NCBI GenBank assembly: GCA_026025075.1
Contig: JAPEUI010000004.1
Location: forward strand, 310,001-330,530
Direction of reading: 5' to 3'
From: Vezdaea acicularis
Taxonomy: Eukaryota
DNA: 20,530 bases
How positions within the stretch are numbered: position 1 is the first letter of the stretch; each line of letters begins with the position of its first letter. The notes under the pieces were generated by a model. That model did no database searches and was not told where the DNA came from. It saw nothing but the letters and a program-made list of their open reading frames with translations. Made by a program: the position numbers and the translations under genes. Shown here one piece after another: positions 1 to 10,185 of this stretch.

Positions 1-304
1 CTCCTTCTATTTCCTCACAGTGCTTGGTGTTATCACCTTGCGGGTCAAGGAGCCGAACCTTGAGAGACCTTACAAGGCTTGGATCACTACGCCAATTATC
101 TTTTGCTGCGTCAGCCTGTTCCTTATCAGTAGGGCAGTATTTGCGCATCCGCTACAAACGATAGTCGTTGCTGTGTTTGTACTTGCCGGGGTACCCGTAT
201 ACTACTGGCGCGTTTTGGATCGTGATAGCGGTCGAAGAGGTAGACAAGGGGCGGATTCTGTCTCAACATGGAAGTTTTGGAGAAAGTTGGGCTGGGGCGG
301 ATAG
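1..304 (+). CDS. 3' end of an APC-superfamily L-type amino-acid (LAT/methionine permease-like) transporter, 5' part outside the window
   Basis: Frame open from base 2: SFYFLTVLGVITLRVKEPNLERPYKAWITTPIIFCCVSLFLISRAVFAHPLQTIVVAVFVLAGVPVYYW. The LRxKEPxLERPYK motif followed by two hydrophobic helices is typical of the C-terminus of LAT/SLC7-type permeases. Stop TAG at 302-304. Confidence 0.85.
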   Translation, partial: SFYFLTVLGVITLRVKEPNLERPYKAWITTPIIFCCVSLFLISRAVFAHPLQTIVVAVFVLAGVPVYYWRVLDRDSGRRGRQGADSVSTWKFWRKLGWGG

Positions 305-911
305 TCTGTAGTCCGATACGCTCGTTGTGTTTCAAGCATTGCGTTGGCGCAATTCTTTGGCTGTTTTGGGAAAGAGTACAAGTGTATAGGCAGCATTTAC
401 ACATAGCGAGGTGTTATTGTGCTTGTCATAACGTTCGGATTCTCCTACTGCCAAAGTGCAAATAATGACGGAAAAGATGATATCCGCTCCTAGTATTAGA
501 CTACATTTCAGGAAAACCATCCAAGTAGGGGACTATGATGCTGGGGGATACCTAGGGTTCCTTCGTCTGCGAGCGTCCATTCCATAAATTTTGAGGGCAA
601 TCATGGTAAATCATGCTTTCACCTTTGCTCGCCTGTGATGCTTCCAACCTATCGAAGTCGACGAATGAATACCCCCCAACTCGCCCACATCACTCTATCC
701 ATGTTTCTTACCTCATAAAGGGGCAAGAATGAAACTCAATCTTTTGAGTGTTAAAACTTAATCGGCAATAATCAGAGAAAAGACTTACCAAACTCGTCTT
801 GGATCAAAGTGCCCATGATCTGTTAATGGCATTGGCGCCCCGCAATTGCCATCTTCTATGAGACTATTGTTTCACTAAAAGTCAGGATACATTGAAGACG
901 CAGACCTAATA

Positions 912-1868
912 ATGTCTAGCTACTTTCAGTCCTTTGCGACTACAGCAGCATCGCGATACAAAGATATTAAACGAACACTACTATCCGACGAGACGGATGG
1001 CGACACAGAAGATGACTCTCATGTTTCGCGAGTTCTACGAAATTATTACATGGAAAAGGGAAGACCATTTCCCCCCTGGCTTCCTCCTGATCCCCGACAA
1101 GCTCAACAATCACAATCGAACCAATATCCTGCTTCAGGGCGCCATTCGGCAAGTAATAGTGGGGGCCGGGGTGGAGGTAGGGGAGGGGGGCTATTGAGCG
1201 ATCTCTGGGATGGACCGCAAGAGGAGCCACAACCACCTGCGCATGCAGGGCCACAATCACTGAGGAAAGGTGGTGGCCAAATGGCTTCAAGGCCTGGGCT
1301 ACGTCCAGGATTGAGTCAAGGCACTGCCAGCCCTTACGACAGGGCACCAGCACCTTTACCAAGTCAACGAGCTGGAAGTTACCAGACCTCGCTGCGCCAA
1401 AGCAATTACAGTCCGCCGCCAGGTAGCACGACTTCTAATCGTAGCGCGCAAGAACGTCTAAAGGCTCGATTCATGGGAGGAGGCAGATCAGCAAGTCCTT
1501 CAGATTCTCCACAGCCAAGTCCGGCTTTGTCAGCGACTCCTCAGAGGCCCTTGTATGATAGGGGCGATAGCGGAAGAAGTGCGGCTTCGGGCGGTCGTCC
1601 CGATTATAGGGATAAGAGTAGGAGTTATGATGACAGGAGGGTAGGCTACAACGACCGTAATGACCAAGGTAATGCTTACGGCGGCCAAATGGAAAGTTCC
1701 AGTGGTGGGTCTACTTATCAAGGTAATGGCAGGGAGCAGAGACCCTATGCTGGATCGTCTGCTCCTTGGTCCACGGGCGAAGTTGAGGATGGTGGCGGGG
1801 GGAGAGGGTACGGCGATTTGGGAAGGAGATATGGAGCGAGGGGACCTAATGGCTCGAGGCCGAGATGA
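912..1868 (+). CDS. MSO1: Mso1-like protein (N-terminal Sec1-binding region, long disordered G/S/P/R-rich tail), 318 aa, single exon
   Basis: N-terminal DGDTEDDSHVSRVLRNYYMEKGRPFPPWLPPDP matches the Sec1-binding motif of fungal Mso1 as I recall it. ATG at 912, TGA at 1866-1868. Confidence 0.8.
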   Translation: MSSYFQSFATTAASRYKDIKRTLLSDETDGDTEDDSHVSRVLRNYYMEKGRPFPPWLPPDPRQAQQSQSNQYPASGRHSASNSGGRGGGRGGGLLSDLWDGPQEEPQPPAHAGPQSLRKGGGQMASRPGLRPGLSQGTASPYDRAPAPLPSQRAGSYQTSLRQSNYSPPPGSTTSNRSAQERLKARFMGGGRSASPSDSPQPSPALSATPQRPLYDRGDSGRSAASGGRPDYRDKSRSYDDRRVGYNDRNDQGNAYGGQMESSSGGSTYQGNGREQRPYAGSSAPWSTGEVEDGGGGRGYGDLGRRYGARGPNGSRPR

Positions 1869-2365
1869 GCGATCCTTTCTGTACTTCGAGGATCTTTGCG
1901 GGAGTCCAATATACCAAATAAAGGGTTCGTCCACATTCTTGAGCGATGAACTTTCAATAGGCTCTAAAGAGTGCCTGTACGGGCTGAGGCTTATAGTGCT
2001 TAAATTCCAAAACCCCCAACTCTTCCAAACGCTTCCAAGCAATTATCATGGGGGCCTAATGAGACGCATATAGGGCTCTTTATAGACTACTCCAAGCTTG
2101 TTGGCGTAACAGGGGTGCCGTGCACCGGACCCGCAGGGGCCGCGCATACCCACTAGTGAAAGCCGGTTATGACGCGGAAAACCCGACCCCGCCACGCGCC
2201 CAAGGTCATCTTCTCACGGTTGCCATAAGAATGGCTTAACCTACCAATATACCTAAGATTCCGACTTGGACCTCGGCCAGCTCTATTCACTAATGAGTTT
2301 TCCTTGAATACCATACGCTCGTTCACGTATCACGTTGCCCTTAGCCACGAAGCTCTTTCATCAAG

Positions 2366-5115
2366 ATGGCATCAAAGCAATATACGCCTCCAGTGTCGCC
2401 TCCTTCACCTACCGCATCTTTCTATGATCTAAGCGACGACGAAGAAGGGGAATATAACACAATCACACATACAAGCTCCGGGAGAGGCGTCAAGCTATTA
2501 TTCTCCAAGAGCAAGGTAAGTCACCATCTAACAATATTCTGGTGGAGTCTACACTCACATCAACATTTCACAAGCCTTGAAATTACAAAAGCTAATGTAC
2601 TTGTTCTGAATAGGTATATATCCACCCTACCCCATCATCCAAGGACAACATACCCGGTTTCATTGCCCTCGTCCAACAAAAGCCACCTAGACCAACAGGA
2701 GGTCCCGCACCTACATCTTCAGCCACAACATCCGAGTCTGGCGCGTCTTCACTCCTCCTGGCATGGCTACCAGAATTTTCGCTCGGCGATGCCTACAGTA
2801 CATACGTGAAAGTAGACCTGTCAGAGAACAACAGCCCACCGAAGCAATCATATCTCGTTCCACCGCCCCCGACCACCACGACGCATAGTAGTGCGATAGG
2901 CACATACGCCTTTGCTATCCCCGTTAGTGAAATATATTCTTTGTTGGTAAGGCCGCCAAGCATTGGGTGGTGGTTTGGTAGCGTCGTGATCAATAGCAAA
3001 TCTGGTGACAGCTTCCCCGCCCTTTTCTTCCACGACAGCGAATGCGAATCAACGATACTTCAACGGAAAAAACGTCACAGGGATAGCTTTGACCCGTTCG
3101 GAGAAGAAGGCGATCTGTTTTGGGGAGGAGACGAGGTTCTTAGATGGTTGAAGAGATACGTGACCGTAGAACGTTCAGGTGCCGAGCCTAGTGTCTACCT
3201 TATAGATCCCAGCCACGAAGATAAGATCGGTTTCGGAGGCAAGCCGACTACTGGCATTGCAAAGAATGGACGGCGGAAATCTAGCGCAGGGGATGTGGTC
3301 GTTGTCGCGGGGTCGTCTAGTGGACCTGCCACGTCTTCAGCAGGACGGGATGGTGGAATGGATCCTGTCACAAAGGCCCTCAAGGAGGCTCGGTGGAGCT
3401 TTCTGGAAAAGCTCAGTCAAGTCACCAACTTCACCCGAAGAACTGCAGAAACCGTTTTAGACAACCCGAAGTTACCACCACAAGTCAGACGGCTTATGAA
3501 AAATCCCGAGGTTCAAACACTCCAAGAGGAGTTCGACAGCGCTAGAATATACCTTGCAAGATGGGCAATGGGCATAGCAGAGCAGAGCGAACGAGAGAAG
3601 AATCAAAGGATATGGACTGCAAAAGATGTGTTGGAGATGGAAGACACCGAAGTCGGAGAATTCGAAGTTTTGGACCTTGAGGCTGGAAGCATGACGCTGG
3701 CTGATAAGCGAAAGCCTGTGACGCTTAAGGAATGGAATGGCTTCTTTGACGGACGCAGTGGGAAGCTTCAGGTCACTGCCGACGAAGTTAAAGAGCGGAT
3801 ATTCCACGGCGGGCTGGACCCGGACGATGGTGTCCGAAAAGAGGCGTGGCTCTTCTTACTAGGCGTCTACGAGTGGACGAGTACTGCCGAAGAAAGGAAG
3901 GCAGTCTTACACAGTCGACGAGATGAATACGTTCGTCTTAAAGGAGCATGGTGGGAAAGGCTCGCTGACAACGGCGGGCAAGGACAAGACGGTGAATCGT
4001 GGCGGGAGCAAAAAGCGCGTATAGGTACGTGACTGTTATAGGAATGCTTCAACTCAAGTAATTGCAGGCTGACTTTTGCCCATTGATGGGGACTTTCACT
4101 GTAGAGAAAGATGTTCACAGGACTGATCGTCACATCCCACTATTCAGTGGCGAGGATATTCCTCATCCGAATCCTGACTCGCCCTTCGCAGATGTTGGAA
4201 CGAATGTTCATCTTGAACAGATGAAAGATATGCTCCTCACCTACAACGAGTACAACAAAGGCTTGGGCTACGTCCAAGGCATGAGCGACCTTCTCGCCCC
4301 AATATATGCCGTCATGCAAGATGACGCTGTTGCTTTCTGGGGCTTTGCCAGCTTTATGGAGAGGATGGAACGAAACTTTCTCCGCGACCAGTCTGGCATG
4401 CGTGCTCAGCTGACTACACTAGATCACCTCGTCCAACTCATGGATCCGAAGCTTTATTTACACCTTCAGTCCGCTGAATCTACAAATTTCTTTTTCTTCT
4501 TTCGCATGTTGCTTGTCTGGTACAAGCGTGAGTTCCCGTGGTTGGATGTGCTGAGACTGTGGGAAGTCCTCTGGACGGATTATTTGTCAAGCCAGTTCCA
4601 TGTGTTTGTTGCCCTTGCCATTCTTGAGAAGCACCGAGATGTCATAATGGACCACCTGAAGCACTTCGACGAACTACTCAAATATGGTACGTATGACTAG
4701 ATCCTAAACAACATCCTACGTCATCACTGACATTGCTGCAGTCAATGAGCTATCAAACACAATCGATCTCCAATCAACACTCATTCGTGCAGAAGCTCTC
4801 TTCCGCCGCTTCCAAAGAACCGTTGAAGCTGTCGACAAAAAGGACAATTTTCCAGAGCCGAGACTACGACAAAGGAAAGCGGCTCCTGGCAACAGACCGA
4901 GCGACGTCCAAGGTATCGTTAACGGGCTCCGTGCTGCGTCAGGTTCAGATGCCACAAAGGGTGAAATTGCAACGCCAGCCTCCGAAGAGCCGAAAGAGGA
5001 GAAAGTCATCAGCCCCGAGCTCCGGGCTTTACTGAGTAGACAGTTCGTAACGATGGACAAGTCGGAGACGAAAGGTATAAGTAAAAGTGGGAAGGTACCT
5101 GAGCCTCAATTGTAA
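2366..5115 (+). CDS. GYP7: Gyp7-type TBC-domain Rab GTPase-activating protein; exons 2366-2515, 2614-4024, 4105-4686, 4742-5115
   Basis: Splicing restores KLLFSKSK|VYIHPTPSSKDNIPGFIAL, the TBC arginine finger RI|EKDVHRTDR, the glutamine finger GYVQGMSDLL, FFFFRMLLVWYKREF and LKY|VNELSNTIDL. Introns: 2516-2613 (GTAAGT..GCTAAT..TAG), 4025-4104 (GTACGT..GCTGAC..TAG), 4687-4741 (GTACGT..ACTGAC..CAG). Stop TAA at 5113-5115. Confidence 0.93.
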
Positions 5116-5913
5116 AAGTGTGTCCGTAACAGAACTTGGAAGTGATTGGCGCGCTCTCTCTGTCTGACAAGCTGCATGAATATTACGGATATTGCCCCCC
5201 TTTGCGGGATAGCGGTGAGTGAGGGTATGATGACGTCGGGAGATACATAAAAAATAAAATCCTATATTTCTCCATCCTGCTTCTATTGGTTTAGAAGTAT
5301 GCTCACGAGAACTTTTATCAACGTTTAGTCTGTCGCGTCCGAACGAGATAATCGTTTTGGCTGCTTCAGATTCATGCCCCCTCGAAGGATAATAGAGACG
5401 ATTGTTACTTCATCAATTCGAAATATTTCACCGGACCCAGCCTTTCTTTTGCAAGATCGTGTATTCAACATTGTGAATACCTGGATAGAGTGATACTTAC
5501 ACCATTGCGTAGGTGTAAGGTGGTAAACCTGATTTGTTTTACATTGCGCCTGGTCTCAGGGCGGATCATTTGTCCTTTCCATGGTCTCTTAACCTAAGCC
5601 TATATATGTTCATCCGGAGGGAACCTTACACCTTGATTGACTTGGTTCCGTAGTATTGCACTACTCGAAGGAGCGACTGCTTTCAAAAGTACGATGACAT
5701 TTGGTACTTGGGATGCTTCGTCTTACAACCCCTTGCGTCAGATTTTCTGAAATACAAGAGATTCAAGCATTTTGCCAAAATCTGAATCTACAATTAATTT
5801 CAGTCGTTTTTTATTTGTAGAAAAAACCGTTGATTGAGAAGTATTAACATACTCTCTTCTGAAGTCTTTGAAGCAACATTTGTAGCGGTCATTTCACCAA
5901 AGCGTCAAATATC

Positions 5914-8128
5914 GTCGCCGCGCCGATCATCGTCACAACAGTCATCTTATAAAGGAGCATTATATCATATGATCGCAAGTTGAAAAGGGAAGGGTGGTTT
6001 TAACACTGGTTCGTTGCGGCAACTATACTCACTAAAGCATCTGGCAGCATAACCAAGATCTCCACAATTGGTCCGTACGGGAGAAATGATATGTAAAAGA
6101 AAAGAAAAATTTCCCAAACACCGTAAACGTATAAAGTGGCAATATGAACCAAAATGCTGAAAGGTAGAAAAAGCTTTCCTTATAATTTTACAACTTAATC
6201 GCATAGGTTTTGCGGGTTAACTCTAATATTTCCCTTCTCTTATATTTCTCTGCGCGCATGTGCTCACTGTTTCCTTGCTATACCCTTCTCCTATGAATAT
6301 CACCGTAAAAGGAGTCGCTACGGTGATGCTTGTTGCTCTCCTAGAAGTGGAAAGATGATACACTGTCCTAACAAACGTTGCTATCTGCCTGCATGCAATG
6401 CGTCACTGCATGATTTGCGTATTTCCCAATGTTTCTCTTGCGGGATGCTAAATGATTTGTTGCTGTGACGATGATATATTATGTAAACGTGCATTGCATC
6501 AGACTATCATTACAAGTTGAGGGAGGCAATCCCTTTTATCATCCTCCTGCGCCCGCATTCAAGTAACCCAAGCATTTGCCGATCTCATGGTGTCGTTCCT
6601 GTTTGGTTTTCTGTAACTTACTGTTGTAATGGTGGATTACAAAGGAGTACTATATTCTTCTATTTCCATAGGCAACATATGCACAAAGTACGTGCACCTC
6701 TACAGCAAGTCCATATGCAAGAGCCTTTTACGTTTCGCCTCTTCCATACCCTTAATGCACTTGCAGCCAACAGTCACTCGACTATCACCATGGCGACAAT
6801 TTAAAAGGGGGGTTGCCTTGGGAAAAAAAGGATAACATACGTATAGAGAAAAAGGGGGGTGGCAGTCGCCGCGGTGACTGCGTTAATCAAAATGTTTGTG
6901 CGCGCAGCACGATTCGAACGCAAGTTCAGGGGGCCAAAAAGGAGCCAAAAAACAATCGCGAAGCAATCCAAAAGCTAACCAAAGTCCCCCAGACCAGCTG
7001 AGTTGAAAGTTTAAGCGCGGAACACATGAAATAGAGGCCATTGGCAGTTAAGGGGCACGTGGGAGTGGCAGCACGTGGTAAGACGTGCTTTGAAAAAATT
7101 TTCATTCCCATAACACAACAAATTTTCCACTTGCGACCTTCACTCTACCTCATCGCCGCGGCGATGGTTGTAAGTGCACTTTCAATCTGTCGCCGCGGCG
7201 ATGATCCTCCTATACACTCAACTGTATAGTCAACTCATTCTCCTATAATTCTTTCATTGCGTACTCCTCAAACCGAGTCAAACTGAGCCAACGTCATGGC
7301 AACTGTCGCCGCGGTGACACGTCTACCACTTTTTCTCCACCAATACTATTCGAGTATCTCGAGGGATATTCTCCTTTCTCTCAAGTCAAAACCAGATCAC
7401 ATCTTCCTCTTGCTGCCTAGAAATGTTTGTTCATAATAAACCTTCCTGTTAACAACTCCATGAGTCCCGCTGCCAACGTAGTGAACGTTCACTATTTCAC
7501 CCATCCCTCCACAAGTCTTTACAAGATTCAGACCTTCAGGGCTTTATTATCCATGTTGTCGCTGCAACTAATTGAGTGGTAAGTCCTTATCTACTCTCCT
7601 TTGTTTCCGAGTCCGAAAATTTTTTTATTTCTCGAGAATTCTTTCGAGAGACGTTTACTCATCAATCATCTCTATAGCAACATCGGGCATATACAACAAC
7701 AAGTTTGAAAAGGGTAGTCCGTACCAGATATGGGATAATATGTGACGTTTGTTGGTACTGAAAGTTGTTCGTGTAAGTAATGCAAATCTTGAAAGAGTTT
7801 TATCGTCTCTAACATGCGCAGCAGTTGTCAGTATACTCGTGGCCACAAGAGCACCCCTGAATTCTGTCAACAATATGTGGGGGCTCGAAAAAAAATTTGA
7901 AACAGTCATCGCCGCAGCAACAAAGTTCTCCAAATAGAGGCATGAAAAAAGTAGTTCACAGTTCCGCTCCATAAGTACTCTGGTGACTTTAAGCGAATCC
8001 GCTGTACAAAAAGACACTGCAAGATGGGGAGAGAAAGACATGTTTATAAACAAAAATAGAGAAGTTAGATGAAGTTATGATAAGAGAGACAGTCTGAAAG
8101 TTTGAGAAAAATACATCGCCGCGGCAAC
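5914..8128. repeat. Dispersed family of about 10 copies of a 14-bp palindrome, consensus RTCGCCGCGGCGAY
   Basis: Copies at 5914, 6314, 6459, 6784, 6865, 7152, 7189, 7305, 7908 and 8115. Examples: perfect CATCGCCGCGGCGATG at 7151-7166 and GCAGTCGCCGCGGTGACTGC at 6862-6881. Degenerate copies differ mostly by C>T/G>A. Confidence 0.75.
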
Positions 8129-8190
8129 AGTTGTCATGTTGACGGTGAAGGATGAGAGTCCTCTGCGCGCCGCTCGTTTTGCCCGACGGC

Positions 8191-8315
8191 TGGGGAGCTG
8201 CCCTCTCGACTTTGAGGGCATCCAATGAAGAGGTGGGAGTCGTTCGTCTTGGCGACTATTGGGGAGTCGCCCTCTCAACTATGAGGGCATCCCCCGGAGA
8301 GGTGGGAGTTGCTCC
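8191..8315. repeat. 69-bp-period tandem duplication containing a GCCCTC-N8-GAGGGC hairpin
   Basis: TGGGGAGCTGCCCTCTCGACTTTGAGGGCATCC..AGAGGTGGGAGT from 8191 versus TGGGGAGTCGCCCTCTCAACTATGAGGGCATCC..AGAGGTGGGAGT from 8260. Confidence 0.8.
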
Positions 8316-8728
8316 CGTCAGAGCTCCCTCCATTTGCGCCTCTCCGGTGGACTGGAGGATGGGATAGAGAGCAATCGGACTGACGGCTGCTGCTCTCTGG
8401 GGATGTTTTCCGAACGTGAAGGCATCTCGGTGCACGTCTTCCGTGACAGGCTGGCAATATGGACGGACGTCTCGCGTTGCCGCCTGTCATGGAAGACGTC
8501 CCAGTCAAGGGATGGTGAGGTCTTCCAAACCTCACCAGACGCCCTTGGCGGGTCTTCCGTGACAGGCCTGCCAACAGCACGTCTGTTATGGAAGACCTCC
8601 CGGCTAATCGGTCGGGAGGCACTGGCGAGACAAGGAAGCGGTTCTTCGACATTCGAAGAACTGCTCGAACGGATCTGTGGTGTGGCTGTTGGTCCACCAC
8701 AGGGATGTCACCCTACAACGCTGGTGGT

Positions 8729-9032
8729 GAAGGGGGGCCTTCGAACGGTTCCTTCTTCGTCCCGAAAGGGGGCCGTTCGGGCGGTTCCCTCTTTGTCCTG
8801 AAGGGGAGGCCTTTCGTTTGGGTTCCCTCTTCGTCCCGAAGGGGGGCCTTTCGCTTGGTTCCCTCTTCGCCCCGGAGGGGCCCCCCAGGGTTTTCTTCCC
8901 TCTTCGTCCTGAAGGGGAGCCCTGGGGGTTTTTTCCCTCTTCGTCCCGAAGGGGGCCCCTCCGGGTTTTCTTCCCTCTTCGTCTCGAAGGGGGGTCCTTG
9001 GGGGGTTCTTCCCCCTTGGTCCGCGTTGAAGG
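8729..9032. repeat. Tandem array with 36-38 bp period: conserved hairpin core TTCCCTCTTCGTCCCGAAGGGG plus variable linker (7 full and 2 partial units)
   Basis: Cores start at 8749, 8785, 8823, 8859, 8896, 8933 and 8971, with a degenerate one at 9009 and a half unit at 8729. Confidence 0.9.
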
Positions 9033-9312
9033 CGTCTGCCTACAGCGCTGGTGGCGACGATTGTCGCCACCTTTATATATATATATACGACGAAAATAGC
9101 AGTCTCTATGGAGCTGCTATTGGGGAAGGATGGGCGGGCATCTGGGTCCATTGGACCCGGTGCACCTTGGCCCTATGGACAAAAAGGGGACACGCGGTGT
9201 GCCCTGCTTGGGAGCAGCGGAGGGGCACAAGAGCGTTGCTCAAGAGGCAGCGCCCGGTGCAGGGCTTTCCAGAGAGAAAGCCCAAGTCAATGCCCCCTGC
9301 TCCCTGCCCTTT

Positions 9313-9456
9313 TTCGCCCTGGTCCGACTGGAGTCCTTTGTTCGCCTCGGTGCGACTCGAATCCTTTGGTCGCCTCGGTGCGACGGAGCCGTTCTTTGTT
9401 CCTCTCGGTGCTCGACCCGAGCCGTTCGTTGTTCGCCTCGGTGCTCGACTCGAGTC
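9313..9456. repeat. Degenerate tandem sub-repeats (about 5 copies, roughly 26-33 bp) with core TCGCCTCGGTGC(TC)GAC
   Basis: TTCGCCTCGGTGCGACTCGA, GTCGCCTCGGTGCGACGGAG, TTCCTCTCGGTGCTCGACCCGAG and TTCGCCTCGGTGCTCGACTCGAG occur in succession. Confidence 0.75.
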
Positions 9457-9743
9457 GTGTACAACTGGGAAGGTAAAGGCCTTTCCCAAGCGCCAGTGGA
9501 GGATGCAAGAGCGCTCCGCCGCAAAGGAGGCCGAGCCGACAACACACGGTTCCTTCGGCCTCGGAGCCCCTCGTCTTGCGAACGACGCAAGGAGGTTCCC
9601 AAGCCGCGCGACGAGTGCGAGACCGGCTCCCTGCTGCTCCCGCTGCGCACGAGGCCTACGACTGGGAAGGTAAAGGCCTTGCCCAAGCGGCCACGCCGAA
9701 TGCAAGAGCTCGCTGCCGCTCCGTTGCTTACAAGAATGCAAGA

Positions 9744-9919
9744 GCGCCCTGCGGAGGAAGAAGCAGAAAAGGCGCATTCGGCGCTGTCGGCCTCGGTGCC
9801 CCGCGACTTGCAGGTGAAGCAGCGCGTCAGGGCGCCCTGCGGAGGAAGAAACAGAAAAGGCGCATTCGGTGCTGTTGGCCTCGGTGCCCCGCGACTTGCA
9901 GGTGAAGCAGCGCGTAAGG
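9744..9919. repeat. 88-bp tandem duplication (4 substitutions)
   Basis: GCGCCCTGCGGAGGAAGAARCAGAAAAGGCGCATTCGGYGCTGTYGGCCTCGGTGCCCCGCGACTTGCAGGTGAAGCAGCGCGTMAGG at 9744-9831 and 9832-9919. An older duplication beginning ACTGGGAAGGTAAAGGCCTT lies at 9464 and 9661. Confidence 0.9.
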
Positions 9920-10185
9920 GCTTCATCCGAGTGGAGGCGACGCACGCAGGATGTCTCTTTTTCTTTCTCTCGGAGACAGCGCCGATAGCGGCCTGTCTCT
10001 GCCGGTTTCCAAGAGGCGGCGAGGATACTCTGTTGCGAGGAGAGCTTCGGGGAGTGGGAGTCGTTCGGACCACGCTGCGGATCCAAAAAACGCAAAGGCG
10101 GCCCCGTGTCAACAGGCTCAACTACCATGTATGCACTTGGGCGTTGGGCTGGTGTGGGTGAGTGGGATGTCCGGCTGTCAGTGGA

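Noticed and set aside
5440..5670. U1/U2 snRNA or telomerase RNA
   Set aside because: Only fragments match (ATACTTAC, AAGATC, TATTGCACTAC, TAACCTAA). There is no ACTTACCT U1 5' end, no GTAGTA branch-pairing sequence in U2 context, and no TAACCCTAA template with room for a pseudoknot before the junction.
5965..8053. Short ORFs (60-132 aa) in the AT-richer spacer
   Set aside because: No recognisable domains, mostly non-ATG starts, and no coherent exon chain.
8729..9032. CRISPR array
   Set aside because: Eukaryotic context, no cas genes, and linkers only about 12-15 nt and related to each other rather than unique 25-45 nt spacers.
9039..9090. Helitron 3' end or bacterial intrinsic terminator
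   Set aside because: The hairpin is not followed by a canonical CTRR/T junction on either strand, no Rep/helicase remnant is visible, and intrinsic terminators do not apply to fungal nuclear DNA.
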